A stretch of DNA of 64,000 nt. Origin: Gnetum montanum. Its lineage: Eukaryota > Plantae > Gnetophyta. The stretch lies in contig MNCI01001142.1 of the NCBI GenBank assembly GCA_015680685.1, positions 131,588-195,587 on the forward strand, in the 5' to 3' direction. The translations under genes and the position numbers were made by a program. Below are positions 52,404 to 64,000 of the stretch, piece by piece. How positions within the stretch are numbered: the stretch's first letter is position 1; each line of letters opens with the position of its first letter. The notes under the pieces were generated by a model, which worked only from the letters and a program-made list of their open reading frames with translations, searched no databases and had not been told where the DNA came from.

Positions 52404-54450
52404 GGCCTTCCTCAAGCCCATCTTGGTGGTGATTGAGCTGGTGGAATTACTCTACTATATTCATATGTTGGGGCCTAACACCTTGCCCACCCACATGACA
52501 CTAGAGCAAGGCTTCCTATGGTTTAGGACAGGTGCACAAGAGTTCTTGGCCTTTATGCTATAGAATTTTAGTGTGATGATATGGTCAAACTTATTAGCTC
52601 ACATAACTACTGTCATCATTAAGAACTGGTTGCCCTAGTCATCTAGCATGATAATCAAGTTTCTAAAAGACGATCCAAAAACACATGGAGAGGGTGAAGT
52701 ACTTGATAGCACTTACACAAGGGGAACTCATAAGATATCCATGATTTGGGACATGATAGAGTTCAACCTATGTAATGTTAACAATAATTTGCTAGTTGGT
52801 CATTAGGCCCACATGATGTTTCAAAACCCTCTCGGTACTATTTACTGTATGGAAGGGTAAGTGGTTTCAAGTTTTCATTTTTGGCTACTTTAATTGTTGA
52901 TTTTATTAGGCTATTTTTTTGGTGATTTTTTCTTACTTGAATTGATGTACTTGCAGCTATAAAGTGGATGAAAAGGGGTTCATCAAGAGTAACCATCTCT
53001 TACCCTTAGTCCAAACAGTGTTGAAGGTCTTTACCAAAAGCCCCATAGTGAGGCTTGTGGTGGTGGGGAAAATAAGAGGTGACCTAGGGAGGTACACCAC
53101 ACATTACTTCAAAGCCTAACAATGGTGTGTAGATAATGGAATAACACAAGGTTGGTGGACTAAATTAAATCTTGCTTGCATACCCATTGAAGGCCCCATG
53201 CAACCCTCTTCCAGTAAGAAAGATAAGAGTTATTTTTTTTATTTTCATGTCAACGCTTTCATGGTTGTATGGTCATAGGTTACTTAAGCTTTAAGTGTCT
53301 AAATAATTTTATTGGTTATGAATGGCTATAAATTTGGTTTTAATGTTGGTTATACTTATTATATTTTGGTTTAGCATGCTTATGCCTAAGCTAATTGGCC
53401 TCTTATTATATTGTAGGGGCCACCACCTCCTCCACCATCACCCTTATCATTTTAGGATGCTCAAAGAAAACCTTTATCCTCAAGTATGGTGAGGTGGATT
53501 TGGTGTAGCATAGGTTGGCTAGTAGGGTCCCCAAATAGATCCAAGTAAGCATCAATGATGTAGGTTTGCTTGATCTATTCATGACCCCTAGGCCTACTAT
53601 ACCAACCCTTGAGATTGTGAACAACATTGACACCTTTGACCAAGGAGTGAAGAAGTTCATCACCAAGGTTCATGATGTGCCTATGACCCTAGCCATCAAT
53701 AACTCCACCTTTGATGAACTCTTTGGTATTCCTCGTAAAGACCTAAAGGTTTTCACTAAGATAGGTAAAGAGGGGAAGCACTAGGAGGAGGTGAAAGAGT
53801 GGTTGAGAACTTGCCATGGTCACAAGGGATTGTCTCCTTGCCAATTCATGGTTGAAGAGGATAGAAAAGCATGCCACCTTGTTCTCCTCTTGGGGTTTTT
53901 CCAAGTTATTGTCATAGGAAAAAATCATGGGGGTTGAGCATGTATGGATTATGGAGAAGATCCTTTCAGAGAGTGCTCAATTAAATTATACTGGTCACTT
54001 GGCTTCTAGGCTACATAGTGAAATCCTTAATCTTCATGAAAACCTCACAATGAAATGGCACATGCATTATGCATTTTTTTATAGCATATCTCAAAAGGCT
54101 TGTGAAGTTCTTGGTTGTGAGAAAGGATGAAAAAAGGATAAACCAAGATCTATCCCAACTCTTCAAGCCATGGGTTAAACATGTTTATCCCACTATGTAG
54201 GCTTAGAATCAACCAAAGCACATTGGGTTATCATTGAATGTTACCACTATGAAAGTTAGTGGTAGGGATTGTATTTCCCTTGACAACATGGGGATGGAGC
54301 CCTAGGTTGAGTGTAAAGATATTGATAGGGCCAACACATTGTGGGCATAAGCTAAAGGTTTAGCTAGAGACAAACTGAATAGGCTCATGGTTGAGGAGGA
54401 AGCACCAATGATCAAGTAGCCCTCTAAGAATATGGTCATGATTAGACTTG
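52404..54450 (+). pseudogene. Antisense accessory gene of old element B (copy 1), 3'-truncated
   Basis: AHMMFQNPLGTIY vs AHTLFQNPASTVY; GLLDLFMTP...IDTFDQG...LFGIP vs GLMELFTTP...IDSFDKS...LFGVP; MGVEHVWIMEKIL vs LGVEAVRIMQTVL. Splice sites lie at equivalent positions (donor 52857, acceptors about 52957 and 53416). Confidence 0.85.
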
Positions 54451-54461
54451 GCCTAGCATGC

Positions 54462-57400
54462 GAAGTTGAAGAAAACATCTTCAGAAGAAATCACAACCAA
54501 GAAGACCAACGTAAATAGGGTGATTGTCAAGACATGGATCAAGAAGAAACATGTCGTGGTTCGCATAATCCTGCAACATGATCAAAACTCGTGGAGAACC
54601 TGTAAAAGGATTAAAACTTAACAAAAAATATGAAAAAATCTAAAAATGGTTAGAATTCAAAGAACAGCTAAAGATGCTGTCAAGTAAGGCTCAACAATTC
54701 TAAGGTAGCGAGATAGAGAGAAAAACTTTTAGAAATTTTTGAAGAGATTTCGTGCGTCAAGGAAAAGAATGGGGAGGTTGAGAGAAATACTATAGAAACT
54801 GTAAAACAGAAAAAATATTAGATAGAAGTAATATAAAGCTCAAAGCATTGCACAACGTCTGTTGTGATACAAAATGTTTTTGGGGACTTACACCCCTTAT
54901 TAGTGTGTTTAGGCAATGCAGCCAGGTAGCTGAAGTTGCAAAGGTAAGGAAATGAGCATGCCAGTACATGTATAAATAGGGATCAAACTTCTACAATTAG
55001 AAAAACTCCCGCTCATTAAAATTAGAAAAACTCCCACTCATTAAAATTAGATAAACTCCCACTCATTAAAATTAGAGAAACTCCCACTCATTAAAATTAG
55101 AGAAACTCTCACTCATTAAAATTAGAGAAACTCCTACTCATTAAAATTAGAAAGGCTCCCGCTCATTAAAATTAGAGAAACTCCTGCTCATTAAAATTAG
55201 AGAAACTCTAGCTTATTAAAATTAGAGAAACTCCCACTCATTAAAATTAGAAAAACTCCCACTTATTAAAATTAGAAAAACTCCTACTCATTAAAATTAG
55301 AAATTTTTAGAAATTTTTGAAGAGATCTCATGCGTCACTGAAAAGAACGGGGAGGCTGAGAGAAAAACTCTAGAAACTGTAAAATAGAAAAAATATTAGA
55401 CAGAAAGTAATAAAAATTTAAAACCATTGCACAATGTCTTTTGTTACACAAAATGTTTTTGGGGACTTGTAGAAATTTTTAGAAATTTTTAAAATTTTTT
55501 GAAAAGATCTTTTGCATTAAGGAAAAGAACGTGGAGGCTGAGAAAAATATTGTAGAAATTGTAAAATAGAAAAACTGTTAGACAGAAAGTAATAGAAAGC
55601 TCAAAGCATTGCACAACGTCTGTTGTTACACAAAACATTTTCGGGGACATGCACCCCTCATTAGTGTATTTAAACAATGCGGCCAGGCAGCTGAAGTTGG
55701 AAATGTAAGAGAATGAGCATGCTAGTACATGTATAAATAGGGTCCCAACTTCTAAAATTATAAAAGCTCCTACTTATCATAGGCGAGATGGGGGTGGGAC
55801 AATGTTCTGACAAAAATATTACAGAATAGTATATCAAAGGGAAACATGAAACATTCAACAAATTGAATCTAATGGTAGAGCTGAAGAGTGTTAAGGGTTT
55901 AGGGGAACTCTCATGTTTAAATGGTGGACATGAGGGGTTTGACACCAAAGAATACCATGCATGCAAGTGTTCGTCTGAAATAGCAATGAACAAAAGTCTT
56001 CAACAACAACAAAGACATGAGTTGCAACGATGTTGAAGAAGAAATAGCCAGAGGTTGTGATGAAACTAAAAAAAACATCTTTAGAAGAAATCACAACCAA
56101 GAAGACCAACGTAAGTAGGGTGGTGGTTAAGACATGGATTAGAAAGAAACATGTCATGGTCCGCATAATCCTGCAACACGATCAAAACCAATGGAAAACC
56201 TGCAAAAGATTAAAACCTAATCAAAAACTGAAAACAAATATGAAAATTGTTAGAATCGAGAGAATAGTGAAAGATGTTGTCTAGCAATGCTCAACAATTC
56301 AAAGGTAGCAAGATAGAGAGAAACTTTTAGAAATTTAAAGAGATCTTGTCCGTCAAGGAAAAGAATGGGGAGGCTGAGAGAAATACTATGGAAACTATAA
56401 AATAGAAAAACTTTTAAATAGAAAAAATGTTAAACATAAAGTAATAAAAATCTCAAAGCATTTCACAACGTCTGTTGTTACACAAAATATTTTCAGGGAC
56501 ATGCACCCCTCATTAGTGTGTTTAGGCAATGCAGCCAAGTAGCTGAAGCTACAAAGGTAAGGGAATAAGCATGCCAGTACATGTATAAATGGGGTCTCAA
56601 ATTCTAAAATTAGAAAAAATCCACTCATTAAAAATAGAAAAACTCATGCTCATTAAAATTAAAAAATCTCCCACTCATTAAAATTAGAAATTTTAGAAAT
56701 AGATCTCATGTGTTAAGGAAAAGAACAGGGAGGCTGAGAGAAATACTGTAGAAACTATAAAATAGAAAAACTGTTAAACAAAAAAATTATTAGATAGAAA
56801 GTAATTAAAAGCTCAAAGCATTGCACAATGTCTGTTGTTACACAAAATGTTTTTGGGGACATGCACCCCTCATCAGTGTGTTTAGGCAATGCAGCCAAGT
56901 AGTTGAAGCTACAAAGGCAAGGGAATGAGCAAGCCAGTACATGTATAAATAGGGTCTCAACTTCTAAAATTAGAAAAAATCCCACTCATTAGAAATAGAA
57001 AAACTCCTGCTCATTAAAATTATAAAAACTCCTGCTCATTAAAATTAGAAATTTTAGAAATAGATCTCATGTGTCAAGGAAAAGAATGGGGAGGCTGAGA
57101 GAAATATTGTAGAAATTGTAAAACAGAAAAACTATTAAATAGAAAGTAATAGAAACCTTAACGCATTGCACAATGTCTATTGTGACACAAAATGTTCTCG
57201 GCGAGATGCACCCCTCATTAGTGTCTTTATGCAATGTAGCTAGGCAGCCAAAGTTGGAAAGGCAAGGGAATGAGCATGTCAGTACATGTATAAATAGAGT
57301 TCCAACTTATAAAAGTAGAAAAAACCATTCATTAAAATTAGAGTAGGCCCTAATCATCATAGAAGAGATGGGGGTGGAATGATGTATTGACAAAACTATT

Positions 57401-57462
57401 ACAGAACAGTATTTTAAAGGCAAACATGAAACATTCAACAAATTGGATCTTTTTGGTAGAGC
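54462..57462 (-). repeat. Left arm of a complex satellite array (modular unit of about 0.9-1 kb)
   Basis: Repeated modules (catgtataaatagggtcccaac; ttacacaaaatgtttttggggac; gaaatcacaaccaagaagacc) that are reverse complements of those in 57468-61290. Confidence 0.9.
55006..55303. repeat. 25-bp minisatellite, 12 copies
   Basis: ctcccactcattaaaattagagaaa with exact 25-bp period from 55006 to 55281. Confidence 0.95.
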
Positions 57463-57467
57463 CTAAT

Positions 57468-60400
57468 TTGGGACCTTATTTATACATGTACTGGCATGCT
57501 CATTCCCTTGCCTTTGTAGCTTCGGCTTCCTAGCCACATTGTCTAAACACATTGATGAAGGGTGCAAGTCCCCAAAAATTTTTTGTGTCACAACAGACAT
57601 TCTGTAATGCTTTGAGCTTTATATTACTTTCTGTCTAACACTTTCTCTATTTTATAGTTTCTTTAGTATTTCTCTCAGCCTCTCTATTATTTTCCTTGAT
57701 GCGTGAGATCTATTTCTAAAATTTCTAAAATTTGTAATAGTTTTGTTAGTACATCATCCCATCCCCATCTCACCTATGAAGAATGGGGCTTGCTCTAATT
57801 TTAATGAGTGGGAGTTTCTAATTTTAGAAGTTGGGACCCTATTTATACATGTACTGGCATGTTTATTCCCTTGCCTTTGCAGCTTCAGCTACCTGGCCGC
57901 ATTGCCTAAACACACTGATGATGGGTGCAAGTCCTCGAAAACATTTTGTGTTACAACAGATGTTGTGCAATGCTTTGAGCTTTCTATTACTTTCTGTCTA
58001 ACATTTTTTCTATTTTACAATTTCTTCAGTATTTCTTTCAATCTCCCTATTCTTTTCCTTGATGCATGAGATCTATTTCTAAAATTTCTAATATTTTTCT
58101 CTTTATCTTGGAATTGCAGAGCCTTCCTTGATAGTGTCTTCCGCTATTCTCTGGATTCTAACCATTTTTAATTTTTTTCTATTTTTGGTTAGGTTTTAAT
58201 CCTTTTGTAGGTTCTCCACCAGTTTTGATCGCATTGCAGGATTATGCAGACCACAACATGTTTCTTTTTTGATCCGTGTTTTGACAATGGCCCTGCTTAT
58301 GTTGGTCTTCTTGATTGTGGTTTTTTCTGAAGGTGTTTTCTTCAGTTTCATCACAACATTTAGCTGTTTCTTCTACAGCGTCGTTGCAGCTCGTCTCTTC
58401 ATTGATGTCGAAGATCTTTGTTCATTACTATTTTTAGCCAAATGTCTGCATGCATGACATTCTTTGGTGTCAGACCCCTCTTTCCCACCATTCAAACATG
58501 TGGGTTTCCCTAAACCCTAAACCCTAAACACTAAAAACCCTTTAGCTCTGCCAAAAAGATCCAATTTGCTGAATGTTTCATGTTTTCCTTTGAGATATTG
58601 TTCTGTAATAGTTCATCAGTACATCGTCCCACCCCCATCTTGCCTATGATGAATGGGGCCCGCTATAATTTTAATGAGCAAGAGTTTATAATTTTAATGA
58701 GCATCAATTTTTAATTTTAATGAGTGGGAGTTTCTACTTTTAATGAGTGGGAGTCTCTAATTTTAATGAGCGAGAGTCTCTAATTTTAGAGGTTGGGACT
58801 CTATTTATACATGTACTAGCATGCTCATTCCCTTGCCTTTGTAGCTTCAGCTGCTTGGCTGCATTGCCTAAACACACTGATGAGGGGTGCAAGTCCCCAA
58901 AAACATTTTGTGTCACAATAGACATTATGAGCTTTTTATTACTTTCTATTTAATAGTTTTTCTATTTTACAATTTCTTCAATATTTCTCTCAGTATCCCT
59001 GTTCTTTTCCTTGAGGGACGAGATCTATTTCTAAAATTTCTAATATTTTTCTCTCTATTTCATTGCCTTGGAATTGCAAAGCCTCGCTTGACAGTGTCTT
59101 TCGCTATTCTGTGGATTCTAACCATTTTCAGATTTTTTTGTTTTTGGTTAGGTTTTAATCCTTTTGTAGGTTCTCCATGGATTTTGATCGCATTGTAGGA
59201 TTATGTGGACCATAACATGTTTCTTTTTTGATCCGTGTTTTGACAACCACCCTGCTTGCATTGGTCTTCTAGGTTGTGGTTTCTTTTGAAGGTGTTTTGT
59301 TCAGTTTCATCACAACCTCTAGCTATTTCTTCTTTAACGTCGTTGCAGCTTGTCTCTTTGTTGCTATTGAAGATCTTTGTTCATTGTTGTTTTCAACCAG
59401 ACGTCTGCATGCATGACATTATTCAGCTCTAAACCAAAAATATTCCCTAAACCCTAAACACCCTTTAGCTCTACCAAAAAGATCCAATTTGTTGAATGTT
59501 TCATGTTTGCCTTTAAAATATTGTTTTGTAATAGTTTTGTCAGTACATCATCCCACCCCCATCTCGCCTATAATGAGCAGGAGTTTCTAATTTTAGAAGT
59601 TGGGACCCTATTTATACATGTACTGGCATGATCATTCCCTTGCCTTTGCAACTTCGGCTGCTTGACCGCATTACCTAAGCAAACTGATGAGGGGTGCAAG
59701 TCGCCGAAAACGTTTTGTGTCACAACAGATGTTGTGCAATGCTTTCAGCTTTCTATTACTTTCTATCTAACAGTTTTTCTATTTTATGGTTTCTTCAGTA
59801 TTTCTCTTAGCCTCCCTATTTTTTTCCTTGACACATGAGATCTATTTCTAAAATTTCTAAAATTTCTACAATTTCCTTGCCTTTGTAGCTTCAGCTACCT
59901 GGCTACATTATATAACACACTAATGAGGGGTGCAAGTCCCCAAAAACATTTTGTGTCACAACAGATGTTGGGCAATGCTTTGAGATTTCTATTACTTTCT
60001 GTCTAACAGTTTTTTTGTTTTATAGTTTCTTCAGTATTTCTCTCAACCTTCATGTTCTTTTCCTTGACGCACAAGATCTTTTCAAAAATTTCTAAAAGTT
60101 TTTCTTTCTATCTCGCTACCTTGGAATTGTTGAGCCTTGCTTGACAGCATCTTTTGCTGTTCTCTGGATTCTAACCATTTTTAGATTTTTTTCTATTTTT
60201 GGTTAGGTTTTAATCCTTTTGTAGGTTCTCCATGGCTTTTGATCACATTGCACGATTATGTGGACCATGACATGTTTCGTCTTGATCTATGTCTTGACAA
60301 CCACCTTGCTTATGTTGGTCTTCTTGGTTTTGGTTTCTTCTAAAGATGTTTTCTTTAGCTTCATCACAAATTCTGGTTGTTTCTTCTCCAGCATCATTGC

Positions 60401-61290
60401 AGCTAATCTCTTCGTTGCTGTTGAAGATCTTTGTTCATTGCTATTTTTAGCCAGACATCTGCGTGCATGACATTCTTTGGTGTTGGACCCCTCATGTCCA
60501 CCATTCAAACATGAGGGTTCCCCTAAACCCTAAACACTCTTCGGCTTTACCAAAAAGATCTAATTTTTTGAATGTTTCATGTTCACCTTTGAAATACTAT
60601 TTGGTAATAGTTTTGTCAGTACATCCTCCCACCCACATCTCACCTATGATGAGTGGGGCCCGCTATAATTTTAATGAGCGGGAGTTTTTATAATTTTAGA
60701 AGTTGGGACCCTATTTATACATGTACTAGCATGCTCATTTCCTTGCCTTTGCAGCTTTGGTTGCTTGGCTACATTGCCTAAACACACTGATGAGGGGTGC
60801 AAGTCCCCAAAACCATTTTGTGTAACAACAGACATTGTGCAATGCTTTGAGCTTTATATTACTTTCTATCTAATAGTTTTTCTATTTTACAGTTTTTATA
60901 TTATTTCTCTCAGCCTCCCCGTTCTTTTCCTTGACACATGAGATCTATTTTCTAAAATTACAAAAATTTCTAATTTTAGAAGTTGAAACCCTATTTATAC
61001 ATGTACTGGCATGCTCATTCCCTTGCCTTTGCATCTTCGGCTGCCTGGCCTCATTGCCTAAACATACTAATGAGGGGTGCAAGTCCCCAAAAACATTTTG
61101 TGTAACTATAGACGTTGTGGAATGCTTTTAGCTTTCTATTACTTTCTATCTAACAGTTTTTCTATTTTATAGTTTCTACTTTTTTTCTCTCAACCTCCCC
61201 GTTCTTTTTCTTGATGCACGAGATCTCTTCAAAAATTTCTAAAAATTTCAAATTTTTTTTATAAATTTCTAAATTTTTTTAAAAATTACT
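57468..61290 (+). repeat. Right arm of the same satellite array, in opposite orientation
   Basis: Module ttgggaccctatttatacatgtact recurs at about 57468, 57831, 58793, 59600, 60703 and 60983. CCCTAAA dimers/trimers at about 58508, 59445 and 60521. Confidence 0.9.
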
Positions 61291-61339
61291 AAAATGGACA
61301 TTGAGAATTTAGTATTTTACTATTATTTGTATGTTACAA

Positions 61340-64000
61340 GGCCTTCTTGAAGTCCATCTTAGTGATGATCAAGATGGTGGGGCTATTATGTGTATTAACA
61401 TGTCAATGCCTAAATCTCCAAACCCCAACATGAAGCAAGATCATCGTGGGGTATGGTTTAGGAAGGGAGCCTTATACTTCTTAGCCTACCTACTCCATAA
61501 CTATAGTATGATGGTCACACTTGACATTTGAGGTGGTGGCAATGATCATGGAGATCATTCTAGTTGGATCCTCTAGTTTGATCATGAAATTCATCATGGA
61601 TGAACTTGATGCTAGTGTGGGAGGTGAGACACATGATGATATGACTACCATGGGTTCTTGTAAATTGTCACAAATTTAGGATATGCTTGAATTTAGATAA
61701 TATAATAGGAAAAACACCTTGATTATTAGCCATCATGCTCATACGTGGTTTCAAAACCCTCCTGGCACTATCTATCATATAGAGGGGTATCTAACATTAT
61801 TATCTTAGTTATTTTCTACTGTTTTGTATCTAGGTTACAACAATGTATGGTATGTTGTTTTATTTATTGATAGGTTTAGGATGGATGATCAAGGCTAGAT
61901 CAAGATTGATAGCCTCTTGCTCCTAGATCACACACCTTTAGAGGTGTGTATTAAGAGCCTAAACATGAGGCTTGTGGTGTTGCAACAATTGCATGGGGAC
62001 CTTGAGAGTAGCATTGGACATCATCCTAAGGCCTATATGATATGCTTAGCAAATGGAAGCATAGATAGCTAATGGGCTAGCCAATCTCTTGATTATTTAG
62101 ACTTGGACTTGCAACCAAGAGCTCTTACGATGCTTAAGTCCTATAGGAAAGGTAAGTGTTATGAATTTATTGATTTTATACCAATGTTTTCCTAGTTATA
62201 TGGTCATTAGGCTATTTTCATTCTTTTGGTTTATGTAATTATATCTATTATAATTTGTTGCACCTATGTGAAGGCTAATGAGCTATATTTTGCTATGTTG
62301 TAATGGTCACTACATCAACTAAGGTTACAATTATTACTTAAAAATTTATTGAAGAGACCTTGATTCTTAAGTTTGGTGAGGTGGAATCCTCACAAGACTA
62401 ACTATTAGATTAGGTGCCTAATGTTATACATGCGAGGGTCATCCATGTAGGCTTGTTTGACCTCTTCATGGCCCAAGCTTGATCATTCCTATCACATTGA
62501 TGTTAAACAACTTTAACTCTGTTAACCAAGGAGTTTAGAGATTTGTCACTGGTGTTTACAATGTGATTGTTGTTTTCAATATTAATCCATATACATTCAA
62601 TGACCTCTTTGGTATCCTAAATGATGTAATAGTAGTTATTGACAAAGTAGGGAGGAAGGTGGACCATCAAGTAGAAGTAGAAGAGTGGTTAGACACATGA
62701 TGCGGTAACAAGGGGTACCCTTTGAAGCACATCAAATCATCATTGATTAGGGAGATGTATCCCTTGTTCCAATCATAGGAGTTTCCCAAGTTATTATTGA
62801 GGAGAAAGATTTTGGAGATGGAACACACTTGGGACATGAAGAAGATACTCATTGAGGGCACTTGGTTTAACTAGGTTGCACAGAGTTCTTGGGTTTTAGT
62901 CAAAAGTTCAAAAACTTCATAAGAATCTCACTACATAGTTTCATATGCATTTGACACTCTTTTCCATTCACTTGTGGAGGTTTGTGGAGTTTTTAGTGGT
63001 GAGAAGGAATGGATGGTGGGTGGTCCAAGATCCATCCCAATTTGACAAACCTTGGGTGAAGCTTCTTGCTTTAACTACTAGGGCCTAAGATCCATTGGAA
63101 GTTGTAGATGAATCCTTGTTTATTACTACTAAGGACCTTGATGGAAAATGTTGAAGATCTCTTAATAGCATGGGGGCTAAGCCTTCCACCATAATGACTA
63201 GCATTAAGAAGATTCGAAGATTGTGGTCAGAAGCTGAGGGTATTGTCAGGGAGAAACTTAAGAGCCCTTTAGTTTCATAATTGGTGCCAATAGTTGGGGA
63301 ACCTTCCAAGAACAATATGGTCATTAGGCTTAGAGGTATTTAGGCTAAAATTAGAGGTATGTATTCTATTGAATCATTGCCTTATTATTACCTTGTTCAA
63401 ATGCCATGGTTGATTTGTGGTTTCATTTGATGTGCTAAGCTATCTTTTGGTTCTTGTAGATAAGCAATAGGAGAGGGCAACTAGAGTAGCAGCAACCAAC
63501 ATTGAATAGGAGAGGAGGCATCAAGAGAAGAAGAAGCTACAATGCCAAGAAGAATAAATATTGAGCCATTATGATGATGATGACATGCACAACAATGACT
63601 TACTACCTATTCCTCCTATGGGCCATTTTGATGCTATGCTAGAGGATCCTCAAATGAGTAAACATCCTATCACCATATCAGAGGACCTTTTAGGTATTTT
63701 TGATTTTTAGTTCTAAGCATTAAACTTGCTATGTTATTTTTAATAATGGTCATGATCATTTGGTTTTTTGTTGTGATTGTTGTAGCCCAAGAGGCCACAA
63801 GTAGAAGCATACACTTCTACCTTTCATATGCAACCATGGGTAGAATCCCCTAATAAACTAGAGTTTATGTGGAGTGTGGTTAAAGAAATGATGAACCAGT
63901 TACAATAGATAGCACTTGAGACCGGTAAGAATTTCAACTCATTTTTCCTTTCATATTTTTGATTTGTCATTTAGCTTTCATCGTTATTCATTGGTTTCAT
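61340..64000 (+). pseudogene. Second, diverged copy of the Tat antisense accessory gene (copy 2); runs off the window end
   Basis: GVWFRKGALYFLAYLL vs FLWFRTGAQEFLAFML; AHTWFQNPPGTIY; GLFDLFM...LFGI. Exon-intron pattern matches 45511-48830, including downstream exons that copy 1 lacks. Confidence 0.8.

Noticed and set aside
55006-55303. CRISPR-like array
   Set aside because: The repeats are contiguous 25-mers with no unique spacers, in a eukaryotic context with no cas genes.
58500-58545. True telomere or interstitial telomere tract
   Set aside because: Only 2-3 units, fixed within a satellite monomer.
55489-61131. Many short hydrophobic or Cys-rich ORFs as a membrane-peptide gene family
   Set aside because: They are translations of satellite modules on both strands, with inconsistent starts, stops and frames among copies.
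54462-61290. Sequencing fold-back chimera or simple TIR transposon
   Set aside because: The arms differ in module order and sequence, the ends are not mirror images, and no TSD is visible. Read-level confirmation is still advisable.

Overview
AT-rich plant intergenic DNA, almost entirely nested LTR retrotransposons. No intact host gene, tRNA or rRNA is recognisable. From left to right: (1) the 5' end of a minus-strand Tat-lineage Ty3/gypsy element (1-2666), inserted into (2) a chromovirus-type pol that is itself split by (3) a related internally deleted element (3331-8197, TSD TGCCT); (4) a pol-less Sirevirus-like Copia element (11472-17917, TSD CAAGA); (5) a decayed intron-containing transposon gene (about 18000-20700); (6) an old minus-strand Tat element (3' LTR 20816-22185; RT-RH-aRH-INT at 23178-26400). 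The region upstream of its RT is interrupted by (7) a second pol-less Sirevirus (28238-35082) and (8) a younger, complete-ended Tat element (38570-51968, TSD TTTAC). The window ends with (9) a 6.8-kb head-to-head satellite array (about 54460-61290) between two paralogous gene copies. The main observation concerns this Tat family. It appears to carry a multi-exon antisense gene located between gag-protease and RT, at the position of the Ogre-type intron, rather than 3' of pol. It also carries arrays of palindromic CpG motifs in its LTRs, leader and the putative antisense promoter. All calls come from manual reading; no database searches were run.
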